Positions 1-9,011 of a DNA stretch of 64,000 bases are shown here, piece after piece. The translations under genes and the position numbers were made by a program. How positions within the stretch are numbered: position 1 is the stretch's first letter; each line of letters opens with the position of its first letter. Source of the DNA: Candidatus Moraniibacteriota bacterium. Its GTDB lineage: Bacteria; Patescibacteriota; Minisyncoccia; Moranbacterales; DUUL01. The DNA lies in the NCBI GenBank assembly GCA_027008775.1, contig JALVDV010000010.1, forward strand, positions 32,529 to 96,528. The letters are read 5' to 3'. The notes below the pieces were generated by a model. It was not told the origin of the DNA, searched no databases, and saw nothing but the letters and a program-made list of their open reading frames with translations.

Positions 1-353
1 GTGAGGTAACGAGTGATCATGTTGAATTTTTGTTGCCCAGCTTCTCCTTCCTCCTTGTACATTTGTTCCAGTCTGGGAAAAATCATCATTAAAAGTTGCA
101 TAATGATTGAGGCGGTTATGTAGGGCCCAACCCCAAGCATAACAATAGAAATATTTTTCAAGCCACCACCGGAAAACATATTTAACAAACCAAAAAGCTG
201 ATCGCTGTTAAAAAATTCGGCCACGCGCGAGGTATCAACACCCGGAATGGGAATATTGGCTGCCAGACGATAAACAACCAAGACAAAAAGTACGAAGAGG
301 ATTTTATTGCGTAAGTCCTTATCTTTAAAAATCCTGATTATTTCTTGGAACAT
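1..353 (-). CDS. secY: preprotein translocase SecY, N-terminal part; the gene continues past the left edge
   Basis: Minus-strand translation from the ATG at 351-353 reads MFQEIIRIFKDKDLRNKILFVLFVLVVYRLAANIPIPGVD...GPYITASIIMQLL, a typical SecY N-terminus. It is in frame with and directly downstream of rplO, as in the spc operon. It is missing from the ORF track because it is truncated by the window edge. Confidence 0.85.
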   Translation of the reverse strand, partial: MFQEIIRIFKDKDLRNKILFVLFVLVVYRLAANIPIPGVDTSRVAEFFNSDQLFGLLNMFSGGGLKNISIVMLGVGPYITASIIMQLLMMIFPRLEQMYKEEGEAGQQKFNMITRYL

Positions 354-416
354 AATTTTTATTTTAAAAAGTTTATTTAGAAAAACCCCATTTGTAACAA
401 AACGGGGTTTTGCTTT

Positions 417-905
417 TTATTTTTTGCTTTTAGGTTCTTTTTTCCCTTTTTCCTTGACTGTTGCTCCTTCATCGCTTTTTTTCCTCTTTGTTTCAAAATA
501 GTCACTGAGGGAGCGGGAATAGAGAATGTCTTGGACCAGAAATTTTTTATTCAGTTTTTTTTCCGGGGGGGAGCCGGCCAGAATTTTAACAGGTAGTCCA
601 GCATCTTTTATTAAGCCTTTTTCAACCAATTTTGCCGGGGTGACTAAAGCATTGTTGACGAAATGTTTAACGAGGAGGTTAAAAGAAACAACCTGATTTT
701 TGATTTGACGAGATTTAAAGCCACGCGTTTTTTTGGTGGCGGCGATTAAAGTTGTACGTCCTCCTTCCCAGGTAGCCCGACGCGAATAACCGCGACGAGC
801 TTTCTGTCCTTTAATTCCTCGCCCGGAATAGGTTCCCTGCTTACCACCTCGCCCGATACGTTTCTTGTTGCTTGTTTTGATTGATTTTAACTGATGACTT
901 TGCAT
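417..905 (-). CDS. rplO: 50S ribosomal protein L15
   Basis: Gly/Arg-rich motif GRGGKQGTYSGRGIKGQKARRG and position between rpsE and secY. Confidence 0.9.
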   Translation of the reverse strand: MQSHQLKSIKTSNKKRIGRGGKQGTYSGRGIKGQKARRGYSRRATWEGGRTTLIAATKKTRGFKSRQIKNQVVSFNLLVKHFVNNALVTPAKLVEKGLIKDAGLPVKILAGSPPEKKLNKKFLVQDILYSRSLSDYFETKRKKSDEGATVKEKGKKEPKSKK

Positions 906-995
906 AAATGGAAACTTAATTGTTTGCTCTAATTATTTTTCTGACTGGAAGTTCTTTCCAAATTTATTTGAGAACCCTCTTTTTCTTTCACTTTT

Positions 996-1586
996 CTAAA
1001 CCCTTTTTTTGCTATCTTCTTTGCTTTCTTCTTTTTTCTTACCCTCACTTTCCCTTTCATTATTCTGTTTGGTTTCCTCCTTTTCACCACCAACCAACGG
1101 CTCTCCCAATTTCGCTAAAGCTCGCAAGGTGGCTTTGGCAACATTGATTTTATTGGAAGCGCCTCTGCTTTTGGCCACCACATCTTTGATGCCGGCCAAT
1201 TCAATAACTGTACGCATGGCTCCACCGGCCACAATTCCCCGACCTTCTCGGGCCGGTTTCAACATTACTCTGGCGGCGCCATATTTTTCTTCCAGATCAA
1301 AAGCGATGGTCGTATTTGTTCTTTTGACGGTTATTAACGATTTTTTGGCTTCAACGACAGCTTTGCCGATGGCTGTGGAAACATCGGCCCCCTTAGCTAC
1401 TCCAAAACCGACCTTTCCCTTGCGATTACCGATAACAACCGCTGCGCGAAAAGAGAAACGACGTCCGCCCTTAACCACGCGAGTTACACGGGCCAGATCA
1501 ATCATTTTTTGTTCAAATTCTCTCTTTTCCCGACGAGGAAATCTTGTTTTCTTTAATTTTTTCGCTTTTCCCTGAATTTTTTCCAT
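996..1586 (-). CDS. rpsE: 30S ribosomal protein S5, with K/E-rich terminal extensions
   Basis: S5 core (VTRVVKGGRRFSFRAAVVIGN...GKVGFGVAKG...GRGIVAGGAMRTVIELAGIKD) and position after rplR. Confidence 0.9.
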   Translation of the reverse strand: MEKIQGKAKKLKKTRFPRREKREFEQKMIDLARVTRVVKGGRRFSFRAAVVIGNRKGKVGFGVAKGADVSTAIGKAVVEAKKSLITVKRTNTTIAFDLEEKYGAARVMLKPAREGRGIVAGGAMRTVIELAGIKDVVAKSRGASNKINVAKATLRALAKLGEPLVGGEKEETKQNNERESEGKKKEESKEDSKKRV

Positions 1587-1610
1587 ATTACTTATTTAAA
1601 TTTGACGAAA

Positions 1611-1955
1611 TTAAAATTTTAAACCGGCCTGACGCGCCCCCTCGGCCAAAGCTTTGATTTTGCCGTGATATTTGTAACCGCTACGATCAAAGACAACCTC
1701 GGATATCTTCATTTTTTTAGCCTTTTTCGCCAACATTTTGCCGACTTCCTCGGCTGATTTTTTGTCATATTGTTGACGCTTCAATTTACGAGAATCAACC
1801 GTACATAAAACTTTTCCGGTTTCATCATCAACCAGGCTGGCATAAATCACTCGCAAACTGCGAAATACATTCAAACGCGGTCTTTTTGCTGTTCCCTTCA
1901 CTCTTATTCTTCTCTTGCGGGTCAATCGCATTGAATTTTTACTCTTTTTCATCAT
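1611..1955 (-). CDS. rplR: 50S ribosomal protein L18
   Basis: L18-like sequence (RLNVFRSLRVIYASLVDD...FDRSGYKYHGKIKALAEGARQAGLKF) in spc-operon context. Confidence 0.9.
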   Translation of the reverse strand: MMKKSKNSMRLTRKRRIRVKGTAKRPRLNVFRSLRVIYASLVDDETGKVLCTVDSRKLKRQQYDKKSAEEVGKMLAKKAKKMKISEVVFDRSGYKYHGKIKALAEGARQAGLKF

Positions 1956-1993
1956 CTGTCTATTAAATAAACTTGTTATTCTGATTGTTCAGA

Positions 1994-2548
1994 CTATTCT
2001 GAAGCCACCGCCTTTTTTCCTTCTTTTTTGATAAATTGTTCTCCTTCGTATCTGAATCCCTTGCCCTTGTAGGGTTCAACTTTTCTCAAAGCTCTGATTT
2101 CGGCGGCAAATTGCCCAACCCTTTGTTTATCCACTCCGGAAACGGTTAACTTCTCTTTCTCCACTTCCACCGTCAAGTCTGCCGGGATTTCCAATTCAAT
2201 CGGATGGGAAAAGCCAAGATGAAGGACTAACTTTTTGCCCTGGACAGCCATTTTGTAGCCGACACCATGCAGTTCCAAAACCTTTTTAAAGCCTTCGGTT
2301 ACACCAACAATCATATTTTGAATCAAAGCCCTGACCGTTCCCCAAAGAGAGCGAGAAGTTTTGGAATTATCTTTATTTTTAACAACAATCTTTTTTTGTC
2401 CGTCTTCCTCTTGCAAAGAAACATCAACTCCATAGGCGATGTCCATAGACAACTCTCCCTTGGGGCCTTTGATTGAAATTTTATCCCCATCTAAATCAAC
2501 AGAAACTTCAGCAGGAATCTCTACAGGTTGTTTTCCGATTCTTGACAT
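1994..2548 (-). CDS. rplF: 50S ribosomal protein L6
   Basis: MSRIGKQPVEIPAEV... with two L6 repeats and spc-operon context. Confidence 0.9.
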   Translation of the reverse strand: MSRIGKQPVEIPAEVSVDLDGDKISIKGPKGELSMDIAYGVDVSLQEEDGQKKIVVKNKDNSKTSRSLWGTVRALIQNMIVGVTEGFKKVLELHGVGYKMAVQGKKLVLHLGFSHPIELEIPADLTVEVEKEKLTVSGVDKQRVGQFAAEIRALRKVEPYKGKGFRYEGEQFIKKEGKKAVASE

Positions 2549-2569
2549 ATATTTCTTCTTAAAATTTTA

Positions 2570-2755
2570 TTACCAACTGGATCTTCTTACTCCCGGAATA
2601 TCTCCTCGACTAGCCAGTTCTCTAAAACAGATTCGGCACAAGCCAAAATCTCTCATATAACCACGCTTACGACCGCAACGCCAGCATCTGTTTACCTGGC
2701 GGGTGGAGAATTTGGGCTTTTTTTGCGCTCTAGCTATAACTGATTTTTTTGCCAT
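2570..2755 (-). CDS. rpsN: 30S ribosomal protein S14, type Z (61 aa, zinc-binding)
   Basis: [13 protein letters not shown]...[38 protein letters not shown]; C4 zinc motif and the 61-aa length are typical of S14 type Z. Confidence 0.9.
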   Translation of the reverse strand: MAKKSVIARAQKKPKFSTRQVNRCWRCGRKRGYMRDFGLCRICFRELASRGDIPGVRRSSW

Positions 2756-2770
2756 TTTTTGAAAAATTAA

Positions 2771-3163
2771 TTACCAAACTTTACAAATTATCTCTCCCCC
2801 CAATCCTTCGCGACGGGCCTGAGCGTCAGTCATTAGCCCCTTGGAGGTGGAGATAACTGCCATTCCATAACCATTCTTCACCACCGGTAGCTCATCTTTG
2901 CCGGCATAAATTCTTTGTCCCTGTCTGCTAACTTTTTCCAACCCTTTGATAACGCCTTGACCATTTATGTATTTTAGCTTTAAGCTTAAATAATTTTTGT
3001 TATTCTCCGAAAAACTGGTAATATCGCCGATATAACCATTTTTATTTAAGATTTTAGCCAAAGCCAATTTAAACTTGGAGGAAGGCATTAAGACCTCCGC
3101 CTTCTTGGCTTGCTGAGCATTTCTGATTCTGGTTAACATGTCCGCTATTTGATCAATATTCAT
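2771..3163 (-). CDS. rpsH: 30S ribosomal protein S8
   Basis: IADMLTRIRNA...PSSKFKLALAKIL...GLGGEIICKVW matches S8 along its whole length. Confidence 0.92.
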   Translation of the reverse strand: MNIDQIADMLTRIRNAQQAKKAEVLMPSSKFKLALAKILNKNGYIGDITSFSENNKNYLSLKLKYINGQGVIKGLEKVSRQGQRIYAGKDELPVVKNGYGMAVISTSKGLMTDAQARREGLGGEIICKVW

Positions 3164-3185
3164 TGTCTCTAAATTTGTATCTTAA

Positions 3186-3731
3186 TTATTTATCCTTTTT
3201 GAGGGGAAATCCCAAAGCTCGCAACAGAGCGATTCCTTCTTGCCGATCATTAGCCTTGGTGGTGATATTTACTTGAAAGCTAAAAATGTTTCTGATGTTA
3301 TCGGTAGATATTTCCGGAAAAATTAAATGTTCTTTGATACCTATACTAAAATTTCCTTTTTCGTCAAAAGCTTTCGGGCTTAAGCCGCGGAAGTCCTTGA
3401 TTCTGGGTAGAGCCGCTCCAATAAGCCTGTAGATAAAGTCCCACATTTTTCCGCCTCGTAAGGTAATTTTCATACCAACTGGTTGACCTTGCCTGGTTTT
3501 AAAGCCGGCAATTGATTTCCTGGCTCTGGTAATGACCGGAACCTGGCCGGCTATTAAAGTTAAATCTTCTTTGATGCCTTGGATAAATTCTTTATCGTCT
3601 TTAGCCTGAGATAAACCAACATTTATTGACACTTTTTTTATGTCGGGACACTCCATAACGTTGCGATAACCGAACTCTTTCATTAGAGCCGGTTTCACCT
3701 TCTGATTAAATTTTTCTTGTAAATCATTCAT
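3186..3731 (-). CDS. rplE: 50S ribosomal protein L5
   Basis: L5 core (VMECPDIKKVSINVGLS...ITRARKSIAGFKTRQGQPVGMKITLRGGKMWDF...PRIKDFRGLS). Confidence 0.92.
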   Translation of the reverse strand: MNDLQEKFNQKVKPALMKEFGYRNVMECPDIKKVSINVGLSQAKDDKEFIQGIKEDLTLIAGQVPVITRARKSIAGFKTRQGQPVGMKITLRGGKMWDFIYRLIGAALPRIKDFRGLSPKAFDEKGNFSIGIKEHLIFPEISTDNIRNIFSFQVNITTKANDRQEGIALLRALGFPLKKDK

Positions 3732-3755
3732 CGCTTTGAATATTTTTTTAATTGG

Positions 3756-4094
3756 CTAAAACTCCGCTTGGCATTTTTTACACACTCTAACCACTTGACC
3801 TTTCTTAATTTTTTTAGAACCAACCCTGACCGGTTTTGAACACTTGGGGCAAATTAATTGAACTTTACAAATGGACAAAGGACTGGCAACGGTCATAATT
3901 TCACTCGGTTGTCCGGCTTTATGTGATTTGTAGTGCTTTTTAACCAGGTTGATGTTTTCTACAATCACTTTGCCCTCTCGCGGAAAAACTCTAAGCACTT
4001 TTCCGGTTTTACCCCTGTCTTTACCACTGAGTACTTTTACATTGTCATTTTTCCTCACTTTTACTTTCATTGAATTCTGCTTACCTTTTACCAA
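3756..4094 (-). CDS. rplX: 50S ribosomal protein L24 with a C-terminal C4 zinc-ribbon extension
   Basis: KOW-type L24 core (KVKVRKNDNVKVLSGKDRGKTGKVLRV) followed by CPKCSKPVR...CKKCQAEF. Confidence 0.85.
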   Translation of the reverse strand: MVKGKQNSMKVKVRKNDNVKVLSGKDRGKTGKVLRVFPREGKVIVENINLVKKHYKSHKAGQPSEIMTVASPLSICKVQLICPKCSKPVRVGSKKIKKGQVVRVCKKCQAEF

Positions 4095-4463
4095 TTAGTA
4101 AACCTCTTCCGCCAGAGAGACTATCTTATTAAAACCGGCTTCCCTAACTTCCCTGGCGATGGGACCAAAAATTCTGGTACCCTTTGGTTCCTTGTTTTCA
4201 TCAATAATCACAGCGGCATTTTCATCAAAACGAATACAAATTCCGTTTTTTCGTTTCAAAGTTTTTTTCTGGCGGACGATGACAGCTTTGACAACATCTT
4301 TTTTCTTAACAGCTCCCCTCGGTTCGCTTTCTTTTACCGAAGCAACAATAATATCTCCCAGGGAAGCGTAGCGACGACGACTACCACCCAGGATTTTGAA
4401 ACACTCTATCACTTTTGCTCCGGAATTGTCTGCCACTTTTAATTTTGTCTCTGCTTGTATCAT
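4095..4463 (-). CDS. rplN: 50S ribosomal protein L14
   Basis: [17 protein letters not shown]...GDIIVASVK, typical L14. Confidence 0.92.
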   Translation of the reverse strand: MIQAETKLKVADNSGAKVIECFKILGGSRRRYASLGDIIVASVKESEPRGAVKKKDVVKAVIVRQKKTLKRKNGICIRFDENAAVIIDENKEPKGTRIFGPIAREVREAGFNKIVSLAEEVY

Positions 4464-4467
4464 AACT

Positions 4468-4755
4468 CTACTTGTTAGGCTTGATTAAACCGACCACTTG
4501 CCAACGCTTTTGTTTACTGCGGGGACGACAAGCCTCAATGATGACCAGGTCGCCCTTTTTGTAAGCATTCTTCTCATCATGAGCTTTGTACTTTTTTGAA
4601 CTAATGTATCTTTTGATATAACGAGGGTGTTTTTTTAAGGTATCAACCTTAACCACCACGGTTTTGTCCATTTGATCGCTGACAACCACCCCTCTTTTTC
4701 TGGGTTTTCCAGTTGTTTTGGTAGTATTAATTTGTTCCTTGCTTCCTTTTGTCAT
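4468..4755 (-). CDS. rpsQ: 30S ribosomal protein S17
   Basis: [29 protein letters not shown]...[33 protein letters not shown]17 family. Confidence 0.9.
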   Translation of the reverse strand: MTKGSKEQINTTKTTGKPRKRGVVVSDQMDKTVVVKVDTLKKHPRYIKRYISSKKYKAHDEKNAYKKGDLVIIEACRPRSKQKRWQVVGLIKPNK

Positions 4756-4767
4756 TGAATATAGAGC

Positions 4768-4956
4768 TTAATTTTTTACAGCTTTCAATCTGGTTTTAAT
4801 TCTGGCAATATCTTTGCGAATAACAGAAATTTTCTTGTAGTTTCTCTCTTGCCTGTTAGCAACGGCAAATCTGGTTTTAACCAATTCAATCTGTTTGTTC
4901 CGCAACAACTGAATCAATTCTTCCTTGGTCTTGTCTTGTAGTTCTGACGCTTTCAT
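4768..4956 (-). CDS. rpmC: 50S ribosomal protein L29
   Basis: MKASELQDKTKEELIQLLRNKQIELVKTRF... resembles L29. The track ORF begins at 4995, 13 codons upstream, and overlaps rplP, so the internal Met at 4956 is the more plausible start. Confidence 0.8.
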   Translation of the reverse strand: MKASELQDKTKEELIQLLRNKQIELVKTRFAVANRQERNYKKISVIRKDIARIKTRLKAVKN

Positions 4957-4963
4957 AATATTT

Positions 4964-5374
4964 TTATTCACTCTTAACAAATTTTGTTCTGACACTCAAC
5001 TTGTCTGAGCCTAAACGCAAGGCCCGGCGGGCAACCTCTTCACTCACTCCGGCCATTTCAAAGATTATTCGTCCCGGTTTGATTTTGGCAACAAAATACT
5101 CCGGCGTACCCTTTCCTTTTCCCATTGGCACTTCCGCTCCTTTCTTGGTCATAGAATGGTCAGGAAAAACTCTAATCCAAATTTTACCCCCTCTTTGCAC
5201 AAACCGAGTGATCGCTCGCCGAGCCGCCTCTATCTCACGAGAATTTAAAGCGCCCGGATCAAGCGATTTAAGCCCGAAATTTCCGAAAGACAGCTTGTCT
5301 CCTTTGTGCGCAATTCCCTTAATCTTACCACCTCTCTGTAACTTACGATATTTTACTTTTTTAGGCATTAACAT
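4964..5374 (-). CDS. rplP: 50S ribosomal protein L16
   Basis: [11 protein letters not shown]...[45 protein letters not shown] matches L16. Confidence 0.92.
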   Translation of the reverse strand: MLMPKKVKYRKLQRGGKIKGIAHKGDKLSFGNFGLKSLDPGALNSREIEAARRAITRFVQRGGKIWIRVFPDHSMTKKGAEVPMGKGKGTPEYFVAKIKPGRIIFEMAGVSEEVARRALRLGSDKLSVRTKFVKSE

Positions 5375-5395
5375 AGCTTTGCTTTAAATAAAATC

Positions 5396-6061
5396 TTACC
5401 TGGATTGCTTGGATAAATAATCTTCCTCAACTTTTTTATTTAACCAAACCTTTACACCAATGGTACCATAAGTCGTTTCGGCGGTAGATTTGGCAAAATC
5501 AATATCGGCCTTAATGGTTTGCAGAGGAATGTTGCCTTTTGATAACCACTCTACTCTGGCCATTTCCGCACCGCCCAATCGTCCGGATAACTGGATTTTA
5601 ATTCCTTTAACATTCTTGTTCTGCATTACTTTGTCCAACATAGTTTTCATAACACGACGAAAAGCGACTCTTTTTTCCAATTGAAAAGCGGCGTCATCGG
5701 CTAACAGTTGCGCATTTTCGTTAATACTTTTCACCTCCTGAACGTCAATGATGGCCTTGAGTTTTTCATTAAAAAGAAATTTCCTTTCAATATCTTTGCG
5801 CAAATCCTCCAAGCCGGAGCCACCCCGACCGATAATTATTCCCGGCTTATTGGTATTGATAATAATTCTCAACTTGGCGATGCTCCGCTCTATTTTCACG
5901 CTGGCAATGCCGGCGCTTTTGTAGCGCGATTTGATATAATCAGCCAACAAAACGTCCTGCTTGAGAGAATTTTTATAACCTTTTTTCTTGTGATACCAAA
6001 GAGAATTCCACGCTCTGTTTATTCCTAATCTGAATGCTCTTGGATCTATTTTTTGTCCCAT
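5396..6061 (-). CDS. rpsC: 30S ribosomal protein S3
   Basis: MGQKIDPRAFRLGINRAWNSLWY... KH domain plus S3 C-terminal domain (GRLGGAEMARVEW). Confidence 0.92.
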   Translation of the reverse strand: MGQKIDPRAFRLGINRAWNSLWYHKKKGYKNSLKQDVLLADYIKSRYKSAGIASVKIERSIAKLRIIINTNKPGIIIGRGGSGLEDLRKDIERKFLFNEKLKAIIDVQEVKSINENAQLLADDAAFQLEKRVAFRRVMKTMLDKVMQNKNVKGIKIQLSGRLGGAEMARVEWLSKGNIPLQTIKADIDFAKSTAETTYGTIGVKVWLNKKVEEDYLSKQSR

Positions 6062-6090
6062 TTCCGGTAAGATTTATTAATTTTTATTCA

Positions 6091-6660
6091 TTATTTTTTA
6101 TTCACCTTTCCAGAACTCACTTCCTCTTTTTCGCCAGTCGGTTTTTTATTGTCTGATGCTTCTTTTTCCGGTTTGGCGATTTTTTTCGCCTTTTTCTCCT
6201 CAGCTTTTTTCATCTCTTTATTTTCTTTCTGATCGTTCCTGTTAGCCCTTTTTTCTCTCCTCTTTACTGTTTCAGTTGTTTGACTTCGGTCCTGATTATT
6301 CTTTTCAGTCGTGCTTTCCATACTATCTTTTTTGTCTTCAATTGTCAATAAAATATGGCAAGTTCTTTTTAAAATTTGCGCCGCTCGCCCATAAGCTCTG
6401 GCTCGCCATCTTTTCAGAGTTTTACCTTCTTGGACCATAATATTACTAAGCAGAAGATTTTCTTTTGAGAGATTAAAATCATTCTCCGCCGTGGCAATTC
6501 CGCTAAGCAAAAGCTTTTTTAAATCGTAAGCAGCCGCCTTGTCAATAAAAGCAAGTTGCTCCAGAGCCTCTTCCACAGCCAAGCCTTTGATGACCGGGAT
6601 TATTTCCCTGACTTTTCTGGCTGATCTTCGGTAATTTTTTAAGCTAACTTGAATTTTCAT
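6091..6660 (-). CDS. rplV: 50S ribosomal protein L22 with a roughly 80-aa K/E-rich C-terminal extension
   Basis: L22 core (ARKVREIIPVIKGLAVEEALEQLAF...RWRARAYGRAAQILKRTCHI) followed by a low-complexity tail. Confidence 0.88.
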   Translation of the reverse strand: MKIQVSLKNYRRSARKVREIIPVIKGLAVEEALEQLAFIDKAAAYDLKKLLLSGIATAENDFNLSKENLLLSNIMVQEGKTLKRWRARAYGRAAQILKRTCHILLTIEDKKDSMESTTEKNNQDRSQTTETVKRREKRANRNDQKENKEMKKAEEKKAKKIAKPEKEASDNKKPTGEKEEVSSGKVNKK

Positions 6661-6683
6661 AATATCACAGGATTTAGTGTAAC

Positions 6684-7007
6684 TTATTTCTTAGCTGCTT
6701 TAGCCGCTTGAATTTCTCTTTCTTTAGCCGCTTGCTCCAATTCTTTTTGAATTTTTCCACCATGAGAAATAAATTTTCTGGTCGGCGAAAATTCTCCCAA
6801 CTTGTGCCCGACCATATCCTCGATGACAGTAACTTCCACAAAATCCTTTCCGTTGTGCACGGCAAATGTGAAACCAACCATTTCCGGAGAAATAGTGCAA
6901 GCCCTAGACCAAGTTTTAATAACACCGACTTCTTCCGGTTTTTTTCCTTTTACCTTTTTTAAAATTCTGGGGTCAACGTAAGGACCTTTTTTTAAACTTC
7001 TTGTCAT
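6684..7007 (-). CDS. rpsS: 30S ribosomal protein S19
   Basis: [19 protein letters not shown]...[27 protein letters not shown]...[13 protein letters not shown] matches S19. Confidence 0.92.
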   Translation of the reverse strand: MTRSLKKGPYVDPRILKKVKGKKPEEVGVIKTWSRACTISPEMVGFTFAVHNGKDFVEVTVIEDMVGHKLGEFSPTRKFISHGGKIQKELEQAAKEREIQAAKAAKK

Positions 7008-7028
7008 AGCGACTTTAAAATCTTTTAA

Positions 7029-7865
7029 TTATTTACGACGTTTCTTGCGACGACTGATTATGTATTTATTGCTGGCTTTTTTCTTCTTCCTGGTTTTAAC
7101 GCCCAAAGCCGGCTTGCCCCAAGGAGTTTTGGGATATTTCAAACCAATCGGTTGTCTGCCCTCACCCCCTCCATGAGGATGATCAACCGGATTCATGGCG
7201 CTACCCCTAACCTTCGGCCTTCGTCCCATGTGTCTTTTCCGACCAGCCTTACCGATACGGTAAATATTGTGTTCATGGTTACTAACTTGGCCAATGGTGG
7301 CATAACAATCTCCCCTAACCAATCTAATTTCAGTAGAAGGCATTTTTAACTGGGCAAAACCGTTATCTATAGCTTGCAGCAAAGCAGAGGAACCGGCGCT
7401 TCTAACCATTTGCGCTCCCTTGCCGGGAATCATTTCCACATTGCAAACAGTTGTTCCCACCGGAATATTTTTCAACATTGTTCGGTTGCCTTCTTTGATG
7501 TCAACTTTTTCTCCACTGATTATTTTATCACCGACTTTCATATTTTCTGTGGCAATGATATATCTTTTTTCTCCATCGGCGTAAGTAACCAAGGCGATCA
7601 GAGCGCTTCTGTTAGGATCTTTCTCAATAGCCATAACTTTGCCAGGAATACCGTTTTTGTCCATCTTGAAATCAACTAAACGATATTTCTTTTTGGCGCC
7701 ACCACCCCGATGCCGAACGGAGATTTTACCCCACGAACGACCAACTTTTTTGTTAAGGGTTTGCAAAAGAGACTTCTCCGGTTTCTTGTCGGTCAGATTA
7801 TCCGGTTTAACCACGGACATATTTCGGCGACCGGCATTATTTTTTTTGTAAACTTTAACTGCCAT
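7029..7865 (-). CDS. rplB: 50S ribosomal protein L2
   Basis: L2 family (GRNNAGRITVRHRGGG-like segment, [23 protein letters not shown]). Confidence 0.93.
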   Translation of the reverse strand: MAVKVYKKNNAGRRNMSVVKPDNLTDKKPEKSLLQTLNKKVGRSWGKISVRHRGGGAKKKYRLVDFKMDKNGIPGKVMAIEKDPNRSALIALVTYADGEKRYIIATENMKVGDKIISGEKVDIKEGNRTMLKNIPVGTTVCNVEMIPGKGAQMVRSAGSSALLQAIDNGFAQLKMPSTEIRLVRGDCYATIGQVSNHEHNIYRIGKAGRKRHMGRRPKVRGSAMNPVDHPHGGGEGRQPIGLKYPKTPWGKPALGVKTRKKKKASNKYIISRRKKRRK

Positions 7866-7876
7866 AAAAAATATTG

Positions 7877-8329
7877 TTAACTGAATAATTTAATTTCCTC
7901 GCCTTTTTTCAGAGTCACTATCGCTTTTTTGTAAGCATTGGTTCTGCCTTTTTTCCCTCGGAAAAATTTACTCTTTCCTTTGTAATTCATAATGTTAACT
8001 TTTTCCACGGTAACTTTATACATTGCTTCCACGGCTAGAGCTATCTCTTTTTTACTGGCTTTGCGGTCAACCATAAAGGTGTATTTACCTAATTCCTGAG
8101 CTCGCATGACTGCCTCGGAAATCAGCGGTTTTTGCAAAATTTTGTTAACCAATGAGGCTTTCTCTTCGGGAATCACAACAGATTCTTTCTTTTTCCCGGT
8201 TTTCTTGTCACCGGTTTTTCCCTGAGTTTTTTCCGAAGAAGACAGTACAAGCTTTTTGCCATTTTTTTTATCTTCTTGCTTTGTTTCCTCTTTCTTCTTT
8301 TTTCGCCAAAAAGCTGACATGGTTTTCAT
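7877..8329 (-). CDS. rplW: 50S ribosomal protein L23 with a roughly 55-aa K-rich N-terminal extension; the true start may be an alternative codon further downstream
   Basis: L23 core ([53 protein letters not shown]) and position between rplD and rplB. Confidence 0.85.
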   Translation of the reverse strand: MKTMSAFWRKKKKEETKQEDKKNGKKLVLSSSEKTQGKTGDKKTGKKKESVVIPEEKASLVNKILQKPLISEAVMRAQELGKYTFMVDRKASKKEIALAVEAMYKVTVEKVNIMNYKGKSKFFRGKKGRTNAYKKAIVTLKKGEEIKLFS

Positions 8330-8332
8330 TTA

Positions 8333-9001
8333 TTACTTATCTTCACCTTTTGAGATTCTTGCCGATTGAGAATATTTAGTTTCCAATTCCTCCAAACTGT
8401 CAACATCGGTGATAATAATTTTGGAATTCAACATATTAAAAACACTGAGATTTTCCAGGTTGCAGTTCTCGCTCTTGGCCAAGTTTCGAGTGGCTAAATT
8501 AAACTTCCTGGCTTTGTTGCCGAAGGCAAATAATTTTTTATCTTTCATTAAATTCAGTTTTTCCAGAGCTTGAGCTATTTTTTTTGTTTTATTGTTGCTC
8601 TCTTTAAAACTTTCCAAGACTACCAACTCTCCGGCAGAAACTTTGGCGGATAAAACCATTTTGGTGGCCAAACGCAACATTTTCTTGTTAATTTTCTGCA
8701 AATAATTTCTCTCCTTCCTTGGACCAAAAACCGTACCGCCGGAACGCCAAATAGGATTTCTAATGGATCCCGTTCTGGCTCGTCCGGTTCCCTTTTGTTT
8801 CCAAGGTTTGCGAGTGGAGCCCCGCACCTCTCCTCTGGTTTTGGTGTGAGCGGTATTTTTTCTTTGGTTGTTGTATTGAGCTTTGTAAACCTGAGCTATC
8901 AAATCATCATTTCTTTCCGCCAAACCAAAAACATCATCAGCCAATTCCAACGTCTTGACTTTTTTACCGTTCAGATTTTTAACTTCTATCTTGACCATCA
9001 A
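8333..9001 (-). CDS. rplD: 50S ribosomal protein L4
   Basis: L4/L1e family (NQRKNTAHTKTRGEVRGSTRKPWKQKGTGRARTGSIRNPIWRSGG). Confidence 0.9.
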   Translation of the reverse strand: MMVKIEVKNLNGKKVKTLELADDVFGLAERNDDLIAQVYKAQYNNQRKNTAHTKTRGEVRGSTRKPWKQKGTGRARTGSIRNPIWRSGGTVFGPRKERNYLQKINKKMLRLATKMVLSAKVSAGELVVLESFKESNNKTKKIAQALEKLNLMKDKKLFAFGNKARKFNLATRNLAKSENCNLENLSVFNMLNSKIIITDVDSLEELETKYSQSARISKGEDK

Positions 9002-9011
9002 TTTTCTTTAG

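Noticed and set aside
307-501. Plus-strand 64-aa ORF at the left end
   Set aside because: The minus strand here encodes the SecY N-terminus (1-353) and the rplO 3-prime end. The plus ORF is low-complexity, F/L/S-rich antisense noise.
1009-1575. 188-aa plus-strand ORF antisense to rpsE, and similar antisense ORFs in the track (5001-5387, 6708-6962, 7374-7679, 8795-9082, 9222-9626, 19128-19892, 20257-21040, 22126-22476)
   Set aside because: They lie fully inside well-conserved ribosomal or rpoA genes on the opposite strand and have biased, repetitive composition. Long antisense ORFs are expected in AT-rich genes.
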